Counted from the stretch's first letter, positions 20,762-31,440 are shown. The stretch is 64,000 nucleotides of DNA from a bacterium (GCA_046757025.1 JBHHXN010000009.1:1-64000), one strand, 5' to 3'. Notes: generated by a model from the letters alone, not told the origin. A program made the numbers and translations.

Positions 20762-21181
20762 GCTTCCTCCGTAAATCTTTTTGATAATTCTGGTGAACTC
20801 ACAATTTGACCAGCTTAAATATACAAACTTGTTCCTTCTTAGTAAACTAAATTTTAATTATGTCTTTGAATTTATTAAAAAAGTAGCGGCACTGGAAATC
20901 CGCACCCCTTGAATCGGAGGGAAAGAAAATGGAAAAATTTATAAATAAAATTAGGACAGGTTAATGATAATGGGACTAAATGCGTAAATCCAGAAGAAGA
21001 AGCTCTCCAATTTTGGGATTAACGGTTGTTTTCTATTCGTTTTTGGCGTGATTGTTTAAAGATGGCTGCAAGAAATGTACACGACTATCCCCTCATCCTC
21101 TCTAATGGTAGATAGGAATCAGGCGCCATTCGATATCTTTTTTTCGAACAGCGCCTAAATGACTTTTCCATCAATAGACCA

Positions 21182-21748
21182 TCAATTGCCGGTGGCGCCG
21201 GATTTTGCCGGCAAACCTTTGTTTAATTCTTCAAGCAACTTTTGGGTCAGGTCGGGTTGATCTTCAGATGCATAAAGGATATTGCCTGCAACCACATCGA
21301 AAATATAATGATAACCCTCGGCTTCACCGATTTTTTTGATGGCTTTGTTGATTTTGTCGTAAACGGGTTGAATCAATTCCACTTCTTTTTTCACCGCCTC
21401 GCCTTGCTGGCCCCACTTTTCGTTCAAAAATTGTTGATAGCGAATATATATGTTTTGAATTTCCTGTGCTTTTTCCTGTTTTTTTTCTTCACTCAGAAGC
21501 AAACTTTGAGCTTCTAACTGCTCCTGTTTCTCCTGAATTTCTGTTTGCATATCTTTCGCTTCGCGTTCCCACTGCGTGTTGATTTCTTTGAGTTTATTTT
21601 TCACATCAATCGCTTCTTGATACACTTCTAAAATTTTGTTGGAATTGATATAACCAATTTTTAATTGCGCCATAGCCGATTTGATCCCCGACGAAAAAGT
21701 CAAGAGTAAAGCAGCAATTATTAAATAAACTAATCTTACGCTTTTCAC
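21182..21748 (-). CDS. skp: Periplasmic chaperone Skp/OmpH
   Basis: Signal peptide, KIGYIN, coiled coil, YIFD....ILYA..DLT; downstream of bamA. Confidence 0.92.
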   Translation of the reverse strand: MKSVRLVYLIIAALLLTFSSGIKSAMAQLKIGYINSNKILEVYQEAIDVKNKLKEINTQWEREAKDMQTEIQEKQEQLEAQSLLLSEEKKQEKAQEIQNIYIRYQQFLNEKWGQQGEAVKKEVELIQPVYDKINKAIKKIGEAEGYHYIFDVVAGNILYASEDQPDLTQKLLEELNKGLPAKSGATGN

Positions 21749-21784
21749 GCATACCTCCTTTAATTATGGATAATTAAAAGTAAA

Positions 21785-24136
21785 TTAAAAACTTCTACCA
21801 AATACAAAATGTGGTTTCCACTGACCAAATTTAGCGCCGGTATCCGGATCGATGTTGTCGAATCCGTAGGCATAGTCGAACCCCAAAATGCCGAGCATGG
21901 GCATGAAGATGCGCACGCCGATGCCCACTGAACGACGCAAATCAAACAAATCAGTTTTATTGAGGCTTTCCCAGGTGTTGCCGGCTTCGGCAAAAACCAA
22001 TCCAAAAATGGTTGGATTGGGTGATATGGGAAATCGAATTTCGGTGCTGTACTTGAACATCACTTTGCCGCCGGATTCGGTGACAATTCCGGATAAAGGA
22101 TCGTCGTAACCGCGCAATGGGATTGATCGGGAGAGTCCTTCTCCACCCATAAAGAAAAATTCAAGAAATGGAATGTTGTCGGCGTCGTTGCCAAAGCCTT
22201 CAATGTAGCCCGCCTGAAAGCTGTTGAATAAAACGAAGTTTAAGAATATGGGCGAAAACCATTCGTTTTGTAAAATGTGTTTATGAAAATTTACCGTTCC
22301 TCCCAGGGGGCCGCCGGATAGTTCTGTTGAAATGGAAAAACGCGAACCCATGGTCGGGAATTCAGGGCGGTCCAAACTGTTGCGCGTGATGATTTGGGTA
22401 ATACTGCTGGTGGTCAGCGGCCATTTTTGTGTCACAATGCCGCTGGGATTGAATTCTTTGATACGTTCGCTAAAGTTAGAGAGGTCTGTACGGTCGATGC
22501 GATAAATCCAGTCGGTTCGGAAAAAGTTGTCGGGCCATCGCATTCGCCGGCCCAAACGCACGGTACCGCCCTGACTTCGCTGATCGTAGCCGGTGAAGCG
22601 CCGGTCTCTTTTGGTGTCAAACAAACTGATTCCGACCAAAGTGGGTGTGTCCCGGAACCAGGGTTCGGTAAAACTAATTTGAAACGATCGGAAGGCGCGA
22701 CCAAAATTCCAGTCGAAACTGAGGATTTGACCGTTACCGAAAAAATTGTTCATGGTTACCCCAATGCTGCCGATCAATTTATCTCGCTCACTAAAACCGG
22801 CCGACATGTTGGCGGTGTCGGTGGATTTTTCTTCCACTTCCAGCAGGATATCCACCAAATCTTCGCTGATCGGTTGTACATCGGGTTTGACATCTGCAAA
22901 ATAATTTAAGATAAAAATATCCCGCTGGCTGCGTATGAGCGCTTCACGACTGAAGGTGTCTCCGGGTCGGATTCTCAGTTCACGCCGGATGACTTTTTCT
23001 TTGGTTTTGGTGTTGCCGGCGATATAAATTTTGTTGATTTTTACGGCATTGCCTTCGATAACTCTAAAGTGAATGTTGACCGTATCCAAGGAGACCGGAT
23101 TTTCCTGCGGAGTGATGGAGGCATAAATGTAACCGGCGTCGTAATAAAGACTGCCAATGCGTTCGAAAACGGCTTTGTCAATTTTTTCTCTGTTATAAAC
23201 ATCCCCGCGTTGAAAATCCAGAATACTCTTGAGCTGATCATCGGTGTAGAGCTCGTTGCCTTCCCAGCTAATATCGCCAAAGTAATATCTTGTGCCTTCA
23301 TGGACCCACACTTTGATGAACATGTCTTTTTTTTCAGGGCCATAAAAAATGGAATCCTTCACCACTTCGGCATCTCGAAATCCCTCTTTGCGATAGAATT
23401 TCACCAGATTTTTCAAATCTTCCTGATATTTGTCCCGGTCGAAATCGCCGCCGCCAAAAAATAAAAATCCATTTTCTTTGGTGTCTTTGAATTGTTTACG
23501 CAGTTTTTTGTCTTTAAAGGATTTATTGCCTTCAAATGTGATGCCTTCAATTTTAACTTTGTTGCCTTCTTTAATTTTCAGTCGCAGAATGATTTTACCG
23601 TCGGTCTCGCTATCTCGAACTTTGGGCTCGACTTTGGATAAAAGATAGCCTTTCCCTTCATATAATTTTTTAACTTTTCTCTGGGCTTTTTTGATCTCTT
23701 GGGGACCGATTAACTGGCCTTTGTAGAAATTCAGCTCTTTCTGCAGATCCTTCTTTTTTATCTTTTTATTGCCTTCTAACTCGATTTTTTCCAGTCGGGG
23801 ATATTCTTTTACGTGAATGGTCAAATAAACCGACTGACCGACTTCTTTGTCCAGAGTGATTTGAATATCTGAAAACATATTCAAACTCCAGAGCTGTTTA
23901 ATGGCCTTCTGGATATCTTCTCCCGAAATTTGCTCGTTAACGGCCAATCCAGAATTTAATTTAATGAAATTGGCATCGGCAGTGGTGTTCCCTTGAACGG
24001 ATAAACTGATCAATTTTAAGGTTTTTCTGGCTGATATTTGTGAAATAGAGTTGGGTGTATTGACAGCAAAAATTAATATCACCAGTAACAGTATTTTACT
24101 TCTAAATGAATTCAACATCGAACTGCTCCCAAGCAA
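21785..24136 (-). CDS. bamA: Outer-membrane protein assembly factor BamA
   Basis: POTRA repeats (GNTKTKEKVIRRE), FTEPWF, LRGY motif, C-terminal Phe; start may be ATG 24118. Confidence 0.95.
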   Translation of the reverse strand: MLGSSSMLNSFRSKILLLVILIFAVNTPNSISQISARKTLKLISLSVQGNTTADANFIKLNSGLAVNEQISGEDIQKAIKQLWSLNMFSDIQITLDKEVGQSVYLTIHVKEYPRLEKIELEGNKKIKKKDLQKELNFYKGQLIGPQEIKKAQRKVKKLYEGKGYLLSKVEPKVRDSETDGKIILRLKIKEGNKVKIEGITFEGNKSFKDKKLRKQFKDTKENGFLFFGGGDFDRDKYQEDLKNLVKFYRKEGFRDAEVVKDSIFYGPEKKDMFIKVWVHEGTRYYFGDISWEGNELYTDDQLKSILDFQRGDVYNREKIDKAVFERIGSLYYDAGYIYASITPQENPVSLDTVNIHFRVIEGNAVKINKIYIAGNTKTKEKVIRRELRIRPGDTFSREALIRSQRDIFILNYFADVKPDVQPISEDLVDILLEVEEKSTDTANMSAGFSERDKLIGSIGVTMNNFFGNGQILSFDWNFGRAFRSFQISFTEPWFRDTPTLVGISLFDTKRDRRFTGYDQRSQGGTVRLGRRMRWPDNFFRTDWIYRIDRTDLSNFSERIKEFNPSGIVTQKWPLTTSSITQIITRNSLDRPEFPTMGSRFSISTELSGGPLGGTVNFHKHILQNEWFSPIFLNFVLFNSFQAGYIEGFGNDADNIPFLEFFFMGGEGLSRSIPLRGYDDPLSGIVTESGGKVMFKYSTEIRFPISPNPTIFGLVFAEAGNTWESLNKTDLFDLRRSVGIGVRIFMPMLGILGFDYAYGFDNIDPDTGAKFGQWKPHFVFGRSF

Positions 24137-24228
24137 TTTTACAACACTTACTATTGTAGAGTACTGTTTTTGGATTTAACAAACCTACTTACCTTGAAAG
24201 GCTTGCAAAAGTTCATTTTATTTTGCGG

Positions 24229-27200
24229 CTAAAATGGAAATGAATGTCTTAGCCAGATTTTCTTGTCATCTTTACGAGTCTCTAAGAGCGAATTATAATC
24301 ATACTCCATTTGCAGCAGCAAGCCCGAATTTAATCGATATTCAAGACCCAGGATATGTTGCAACCCAACCCCTTTATCCTGAAACTGATAATCGATACCG
24401 GCTTTCAGTTCGCCACTGTAGAGAAAATAGATGTCATCGGTGAGATACTTTCCTAATACCAATCGACTGCTTCTCAGAAGAGCTAAAGAAGAACTTAATT
24501 CTTCATTGTTAAAATTGGCGTCGAGAAAATTCCGCGTAATGGCATAACTGAATCGCACCACATCCAGGCCTAATTTTCGTTCCAGCTCTCTTTCCAAAGG
24601 CCGCATGAGTGGCCGAAAGATCAGCTTGTCGGTGCTGTATCCCACGGCTTTCTTAGCCTTTTCGTCCACCGTTTCCGACGAATACCCCAGGGCGGCCATG
24701 ATCTCTCCTTGCGTTTCGTTGTAGCCGGGAAATTCAGACGAAAGTTTAATGTTCAATCTGTCCCAGCGTCCCTTTTTTACTTCCTGGTTGGTGACGTCAT
24801 CGACGGAGTAAAGCGTCAGGTAAACATCACTGGGGACATTTGCCGAATCTCTCACTACGGTCCAGGCTTTGCCGGAAACGATAGGGAAAAGCGAAGTCTG
24901 ATTAAACTCTGCTCCGAATTTTTCGACTCTGAAATTGAGATCGATGTATTCAAATTCGCCTCTGGTGGATTGGACTTTGCCGGCAATCTTAAAGGTCGAA
25001 TCTTTGAGGATGCCGTTGAATTCAAGCCAACTATTATCATTATCAATGTCCATATTGACGTAAATGCCCGTGGTGAACTCTTTGACGTAACGCGTGTCTT
25101 TGGATGAGAGCGCTCGTACATCCCAGTTGATGTTGTTCAGGATGTTCAAAACGATTTCATTGCCATCGTTGGCCCCTTCATCAAACGGGAACATTAAATT
25201 CGCATCCTGAACGCGGATTTCTCCGCGAATATTGGGACGCAGCCAGGGGCCTGCGATAAAAAATTGCTCCCCAGGTGAGCGACCGGAAAAAGAATACCAG
25301 CCAATCTCGCCAGTTTCCATCAATCCTGGTATGTTGAGTGGAATGCCGCGCCTTGAAGTCTGAATGATTAATGCCCCCAGATTTAAGTCGTTTCCACCTA
25401 TGCGGAGAGGCTCATAAACTCCGTGATTTAGCCCTTCCATGACATTGGTGTTTGTGATGGATACAGACTCTCCCTTGATAGTGCCCTTTAGTGTTTTGAT
25501 ATGTAATAAATAATCATCGGGCAGCACCTCCAGGTCTGCTGCCAAGTTCTCCACGCGATTGATGACAGAAGTGAGCTTTAAGGCACCGTTGTTCAGGGTG
25601 AGTTTACTACCCGAAAAATTTGGGGTTTTGTAGTGTCCGCTTAATCGGAGGTCTAAATGACCGTTACTGCGGGTTTCTTCGAAAAATTTTTGCATGTCGG
25701 AAAGCAGCACCAGAAAATTGCCATCGCCGGACATTTCTACATTTAACAGCGGCTGATTTCTCAAAGGTAGCTGACCGCTTCCTTCCATCCTAAAAGCGCC
25801 GTCCCGAGTGAAAACGGTATGCCCGATATTCAGAACATTTCTGGAAAAAAAGGAGCCATTGGGTTGATTGGACGTGCCAAAATCCCAAATGATTTCATCG
25901 AAATCAAACATGAGAATGCCAGCGTTGTGAATCTGGATGTCTCCGAAAATGGGAACCTCTGGCAGTATTCCATCGAATGAAATTTGAACCATGGCTTTTC
26001 CACGAACATGGCCTTCGGAGCCGGTAAGAATTTTCACAATCTGACTTACGTCGAGATTGGTTCCGGCAACGGTACCTTTTATTTTCTTGCTTTCGAAATC
26101 ATAATGCCCTTCTGCCAAAATGTTGGCGGACTCTGCTCGATCGACGCTCAATTTTTTGATGATTATATTGTTGTTGTCTGCTACAAAATCCAATTCGGAT
26201 TTGTAAGGACCGACCTTTCGAATAAAACCGTCCATTAACCAGAAATTACCCAGATATTGCGTGCTTCCAGAATCGTCGTTTACGTTGATTCGGCCGTATA
26301 AATTGCCTTCATATTTTTCAGCTTCTCCTCCTAACAAATCAAACAGGAGGGAGAGATCCAATCCCGATATAGCTAACCGTCCGTTTCGGGGGGTGTAGTT
26401 GTTTTTTGAGATATTCAGATTGCCTTTTAACCATTGACCCAGATACAAATTTTTTAATTGAACTTCCTTGCCTGAATAAACTAATTCAAATTCACCTTTG
26501 ATATTTTTCTCCGAATTTGGGTAAAGCAGGATATCGCCCAATACCCAATTTTCAGAGTGTTTGGAAAGGGTGTCGGTTTCAATGTGAAATAAATTTTCAT
26601 AATTATCCTGTCTGTAACCATCGATGGCGAAAAAGGGATTTGAGGACGAATTTTCTGCAAATAAATTCAGGCTGTATCGCTTGCGGATAAAATTTAAAAT
26701 GGGATTGTTGACGAAGATGAACAGCTTTTCAAATTTGGTTGCCTGCAGGCTGAACTGAGGAGAATTGAAAACGTCGTCGGCTGAAATGGTGAGATGGAAT
26801 TCGCCGTCATCAGAACCTGCGTTGAGCGCTAAACGCTGCTGGTTGTAAATGAAAGTTCCTTGTAAGGCTAAAGAGGGCGCTTTATGTCGGACAAAAGTCA
26901 AACCAAAATTGCCCCGGCTAACTGGTGCGCTCAAAGGCCCCAGTACAATGATTTCCGATTCACCATAACAGCTATCGGCTGAGCTCAAACCGATCTTGTG
27001 CAAATCGTTGGTAAAATCCCCGGTTATGTTGAGTTTGAAATCGATTAATTTGTCAGCAGAATTAAAATCGATGTTGCCGAGACCAGTAAATTTTGCGCTG
27101 TCCACGTTTCCTGAAATGAGCGGGAAATTCAGTTTGGAATTGGCGAAATTGACATCGACGGTAATGTCGTTGATATTTTTATCATAGAACCAGACACTGT

Positions 27201-28347
27201 CGGCATTCAAGCTGCCGGCGATTTTGGGGGCCGACATGGCTTCTGAAATGGACAAATTTAAGCGGGAAATTCCTGAAAATTGAAATGGCCGTTTGTTCAG
27301 AAAGCGCGTCAGGAATTGATCGATATCCAATCTTTGGGAGGCCAGTCGCAGATCAAAGCGTGGATCTATCAGGTTCATGATTTTGCCGCTCAGGGTGGTT
27401 GGGGAACCGTTTACAATTTGCGAAGCGTTTTTGATTTCCAGATTCCAATCCTTCACTTCGGCATCAATTGTGATGTTATCGATATCGATGCGAGTATTTT
27501 TTGAATTGAGTTTTAGCTGCCCGTTGCTTAAACTGATGTTCCCTTCGATATTGAACCCACGCGTGGGTGTCAGTCGTTCGGTCACGATTAAATGTCCGTT
27601 GACTTTACCATCGAGCACATCGAAATAATCTGGAATTAGAAAATGGATGGCATTGGTCAATTTGTAATCATGTAAATCGACATTTATGAAGTCCACGCCG
27701 CCTCTGTTCAAATCCATCTGACCGTACAGCACCATGTTATATTCATCCGATTCAAAAATATGGCCGGCTAATCGCAGCCAGACTTTATGATTGTCATCGG
27801 TGTAAGCCCATCCGTTGATTTGCTTGGCAATGCGAATGTTCTCTTCAGAATTAGAATTGAAAATATCGATCTCGCCTTCGGAAATGGTGATCTTTTTAAT
27901 GAAGTCATATTCCTTGATAATCGCGCGGTAAAGCTTTTCCGTTTCCGAAGTCAACTGCAGAGAAAGATCTACATTGGTTTCAGAGTGTTTTTCTGGATTG
28001 TATAACAGAGTGAAAAGCGGTCTGTACAGCGTAATTTCTTCCGCGGTCTTTTCCAATTCCCCTCGGCCTTTGAGCAGGCTTTGCAGACTGTAGCCTAATC
28101 TTAATTCTTCCACCAAAACTTCATACGGTGAATTGTGAAAAGCCAGCTTTACTCTTTTAAGGTTAACTGAACCCAGGCCTAAAGATAATTCCTCAACACT
28201 GCATTCTTCTCCGAAGGTTTGCTTCAATTTAGCGATCAACGCATGCTTGATGCCGGTGTTTATCTTAAGCAGATGCCAACCGTTATATGCGATGAAAGCA
28301 AAAAATAACAGTCCGATGGTCGTAGTAATTAAAAACTTTCGGAACAT
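24229..28347 (-). CDS. Large AsmA/TamB-like intermembrane bridge protein
   Basis: 1372 aa, single N-terminal TM, beta-rich repeats, C-terminal GKYLTDDIY...EYRL pattern of TamB; adjacent to bamA. Confidence 0.72.
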   Translation of the reverse strand: MFRKFLITTTIGLLFFAFIAYNGWHLLKINTGIKHALIAKLKQTFGEECSVEELSLGLGSVNLKRVKLAFHNSPYEVLVEELRLGYSLQSLLKGRGELEKTAEEITLYRPLFTLLYNPEKHSETNVDLSLQLTSETEKLYRAIIKEYDFIKKITISEGEIDIFNSNSEENIRIAKQINGWAYTDDNHKVWLRLAGHIFESDEYNMVLYGQMDLNRGGVDFINVDLHDYKLTNAIHFLIPDYFDVLDGKVNGHLIVTERLTPTRGFNIEGNISLSNGQLKLNSKNTRIDIDNITIDAEVKDWNLEIKNASQIVNGSPTTLSGKIMNLIDPRFDLRLASQRLDIDQFLTRFLNKRPFQFSGISRLNLSISEAMSAPKIAGSLNADSVWFYDKNINDITVDVNFANSKLNFPLISGNVDSAKFTGLGNIDFNSADKLIDFKLNITGDFTNDLHKIGLSSADSCYGESEIIVLGPLSAPVSRGNFGLTFVRHKAPSLALQGTFIYNQQRLALNAGSDDGEFHLTISADDVFNSPQFSLQATKFEKLFIFVNNPILNFIRKRYSLNLFAENSSSNPFFAIDGYRQDNYENLFHIETDTLSKHSENWVLGDILLYPNSEKNIKGEFELVYSGKEVQLKNLYLGQWLKGNLNISKNNYTPRNGRLAISGLDLSLLFDLLGGEAEKYEGNLYGRINVNDDSGSTQYLGNFWLMDGFIRKVGPYKSELDFVADNNNIIIKKLSVDRAESANILAEGHYDFESKKIKGTVAGTNLDVSQIVKILTGSEGHVRGKAMVQISFDGILPEVPIFGDIQIHNAGILMFDFDEIIWDFGTSNQPNGSFFSRNVLNIGHTVFTRDGAFRMEGSGQLPLRNQPLLNVEMSGDGNFLVLLSDMQKFFEETRSNGHLDLRLSGHYKTPNFSGSKLTLNNGALKLTSVINRVENLAADLEVLPDDYLLHIKTLKGTIKGESVSITNTNVMEGLNHGVYEPLRIGGNDLNLGALIIQTSRRGIPLNIPGLMETGEIGWYSFSGRSPGEQFFIAGPWLRPNIRGEIRVQDANLMFPFDEGANDGNEIVLNILNNINWDVRALSSKDTRYVKEFTTGIYVNMDIDNDNSWLEFNGILKDSTFKIAGKVQSTRGEFEYIDLNFRVEKFGAEFNQTSLFPIVSGKAWTVVRDSANVPSDVYLTLYSVDDVTNQEVKKGRWDRLNIKLSSEFPGYNETQGEIMAALGYSSETVDEKAKKAVGYSTDKLIFRPLMRPLERELERKLGLDVVRFSYAITRNFLDANFNNEELSSSLALLRSSRLVLGKYLTDDIYFLYSGELKAGIDYQFQDKGVGLQHILGLEYRLNSGLLLQMEYDYNSLLETRKDDKKIWLRHSFPF

Positions 28348-28350
28348 AGT

Positions 28351-29130
28351 TTAAACAGATTGTAAAACAGATTCGTGTTTTTGTAATTGATCACTAACCA
28401 GCCCGAATCGCCGCTCTCTTTTTTGATAGGCTCTAATGGCTTTAAAAAATTCCAATCTTCTAAAATCGGGCCAAAAAACATCGGTGACGTAAATTTCTGT
28501 GTAGGCTAATTGCCACAATAAAAAATTGCTCACTCGCAGCTCGCCGCTGGTTCTGATGAGCAGATCCGGATCGGGAATCGAAACTGTATAAAGGTGTTGC
28601 GAAATCGTTTTTTCGTCTATTTCTTGCGGTTGAATTTCACCCGTTTGTACTTTAGTGGCGATGCTTTTCACTGCCTCGGTAATTTCTTTACGACTGCTGT
28701 AACTGAGCGCTAAATTCAAGGTTAAACCGGTATTGTTTTTTAATGATTCGATGGCGCTTTGCATACCTTTTCTTGCGGGTAAAGGTAGATCCGCGAGTTT
28801 ACCGATAGTCATCAATCGAACGTTATTTTTTTTAAGTTCTTCTACTTCTGAGCGTATGGTTTTAAGAAGTAAGCGCATAAGCGCGGTTACTTCACCACGC
28901 GGTCGCTTCCAGTTTTCTGTTGAAAAAGTATATAAAGTTAAATACTTGATATTTAATTCACCGCTTGCTTTAACGATTTCACGTACGGAGTTTATTCCTT
29001 CATGGTGGCCGGCTACACGTGACAGCGCCTGTTTGCGAGCCCATCTGCCATTACCATCCATGATAATCGCGATGTGCTCCGGTAAATTGCCGCACTCAAT
29101 AATTTGTTGTTTTAAATATTCTTCGTCCAT
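28351..29130 (-). CDS. uppS: Undecaprenyl diphosphate synthase
   Basis: HIAIIMDGNGRWA, FSTENWKRP and DLLIRTSGELRVSNFLLWQ. Confidence 0.97.
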   Translation of the reverse strand: MDEEYLKQQIIECGNLPEHIAIIMDGNGRWARKQALSRVAGHHEGINSVREIVKASGELNIKYLTLYTFSTENWKRPRGEVTALMRLLLKTIRSEVEELKKNNVRLMTIGKLADLPLPARKGMQSAIESLKNNTGLTLNLALSYSSRKEITEAVKSIATKVQTGEIQPQEIDEKTISQHLYTVSIPDPDLLIRTSGELRVSNFLLWQLAYTEIYVTDVFWPDFRRLEFFKAIRAYQKRERRFGLVSDQLQKHESVLQSV

Positions 29131-29582
29131 GATGTATCACCTTAATTTTGTTTATAGAAGAACTTTTAAATTAACTGAAAAATACATGAAAGTCAAGCTT
29201 AAATCTTGCATCACAAGAATTTATCGCAATAAATATTTCACAGATTAATCGTAAAATGGTTCCGTGATTCAAAAATTTCTTTCTGGTTCATTTTGTTTTA
29301 CTGAAATCGCTTGTTGAAGCTCAGCAGAATGAACCTTTGTCTATAAAGACAGTTAAATAGCATTGTCGTTTCATAACATGAAAGCATTGCTTCTGAATTA
29401 TAGTTTATAAATCCAGCATAATGACGATAAATTCTTGTTAAAAAAGAGAACTTTTTAGGTTCAATAATCGAATCAGAACCTTTTAAAACCGATTTCTGCT
29501 TGACAAATCTTTAAAAAATATTTACAATTAAGTGAATTTTATAATTTTCAATGCCGGGTTAAAAATCAAAGAATCGAGGTGC

Positions 29583-31064
29583 ATGATGAATAAAATTAAA
29601 AATTTGGCGGTACTTACCTTGACATTGGTTTCATTCTGGCAGTCCTTGCCCCCTAGTGATCTACTAGCACAAAACGAAGAAATTAAGCAGACCCTTTTTA
29701 ATGAGACCGATAAAATGTTGGTGCAGGCAAAATCGGAGCAAGCTAACATTCTATCTCCCAACAATTTCAAAAACGCCATGAATAAGTATAATGAGGCGTT
29801 GGAAGATTTTAATAAAGGCAAACCGCTTAAGAAAATTGAGAAAAAGTTAGCTGACGTTCAGGTTAAGCTTGGTCAGTGTCTGGAAGTGACGAAATTAGGT
29901 CTGGTGACTTTTCAAACTACCTTAAAAGCCCGTGAGGATGCTTTGAAGGCAAACGCTCCCGAATTTGCTCAGGTGCCCTACGAAAAGGCCGAGAGTGAGT
30001 TTTTGTCCGCTACAAAAAAGTTAGAAAGAGGGGACGTGAAAAATGCCAAGAAAAAAGTGCCGGAATTGAACAACCTTTATCGAAATGCGGAATTAATGGC
30101 GATTAAAGTGAGCATCATCGGTACCGTGCGCAATTTAATGGAAGAAGCCGATAAAGAAGAGGCCATCAAATACACTCCCATAACTTATGCGAATGCCCGA
30201 AAGTATCTGAACCAGGCGGAGGCTATTTTAAACAGCAATCGCCGTTCCGAGAGCAGTGCCAAAGAAAAGGCCGAGCTGGCTGAGATTGAAACGAAACACG
30301 CAATTTATCTCACCAGAGAAATCAAACGCTTAAAAAAGAATCCCGCGGAATGGGAAAATTTCATTATCAGCCGGGAAATATTGATTGAAAATATCGCCAA
30401 GGAATTGGGATTCAGGCCCCATTTCGATGAAGGCATGGACAAACCCCTGAAGCAAATTTATAAAATCGGCCAGAATTTGCAGCAAGAAAAGAAATCGTTG
30501 ATAGCAGAAAATGAGGAAAAGTCTGCTGAAATTCAACGGCTGCAAGTTGAGCTGCAAAAGTACAAAGAAAAAGAGCAGGGGTTGCAAGCAGAACTGCAAG
30601 AAAAGCAATATAAGCTGGAAATGAAACGACAAAGAGAAGAGAAAATTAAATCGTTGGAAACCATGTTTGCTCCTGGTGAAGCGATTGTACTGCGGCAGGG
30701 AAACAACATCATTCTTCGATTAATCGGGTTGACTTTTCCCTCAGGCAAATCGACTATCGAGCCCGAAGTGTTTAGTTTATTGACGACTGTGCAGCGCGCC
30801 ATTCGTAAATTTCCCAATTCGAGCATTACCATCGAAGGGCACACGGATTCGGTGGGCGATGATCGGTTTAACGAAAATTTGTCTTACGAAAGAGCGTTGG
30901 CGGTTAAACAATATATCCTGGCTAATATGGGAATGGACGAGAGTCATGTCACGGCGATTGGTTACGGTGAAACCCGACCCATTGCCAGCAACGATACCAA
31001 CCAGGGCCGGGCTCAAAACCGAAGAATTGATATCGTGCTCTCTTTTGGAGAATCCGCCCTTTAG
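29583..31064 (+). CDS. Periplasmic helical/coiled-coil protein with a C-terminal OmpA-like peptidoglycan-binding domain
   Basis: Signal peptide after a gagg RBS; IEGHTD, LSYERA, GYGE.RPIASN and NRRIDI. Confidence 0.88.
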   Translation: MMNKIKNLAVLTLTLVSFWQSLPPSDLLAQNEEIKQTLFNETDKMLVQAKSEQANILSPNNFKNAMNKYNEALEDFNKGKPLKKIEKKLADVQVKLGQCLEVTKLGLVTFQTTLKAREDALKANAPEFAQVPYEKAESEFLSATKKLERGDVKNAKKKVPELNNLYRNAELMAIKVSIIGTVRNLMEEADKEEAIKYTPITYANARKYLNQAEAILNSNRRSESSAKEKAELAEIETKHAIYLTREIKRLKKNPAEWENFIISREILIENIAKELGFRPHFDEGMDKPLKQIYKIGQNLQQEKKSLIAENEEKSAEIQRLQVELQKYKEKEQGLQAELQEKQYKLEMKRQREEKIKSLETMFAPGEAIVLRQGNNIILRLIGLTFPSGKSTIEPEVFSLLTTVQRAIRKFPNSSITIEGHTDSVGDDRFNENLSYERALAVKQYILANMGMDESHVTAIGYGETRPIASNDTNQGRAQNRRIDIVLSFGESAL

Positions 31065-31204
31065 AGTGGAATTCGTTGTGATGACCCATCCTGAATTGCG
31101 AATTAGAAATGTTGGTAGTTGCCGTTATCTTTATTTGTAAACAAACAAATGTCGAATGAATGAAAAAATCTATTGATTTTATCGGTTAAAATTCTTAAAT
31201 AATA

Positions 31205-31359
31205 GTGTCTGGTCGAAAACGGTCCCTCTTTTACCCGAACACTTTTAGGCCGAGGGTGAATTCCTGCTTAACTCGGCGGGGCCTGTACTGAGCTTTGTCG
31301 AAAGGCGCCTTCGCATGAGAGATTTGTTATCGCTCATTTTCGAATTTTCGTTCAAACAC
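31205..31359 (+). ncRNA. Putative structured leader or small RNA (family unknown)
   Basis: Terminal pairing gtgtctggtcgaaaa / ttttcgttcaaacac, internal hairpins, promoter-like TTGATT...TAAATA just upstream. Confidence 0.35.
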
Positions 31360-31440
31360 TCAAAAAAAAGAATCAGGAACAAAATTTTCATTAAAAGGTA
31401 ACATACAGAAATTGTGTAAATCGTTGCCGAGGTGTACAAA

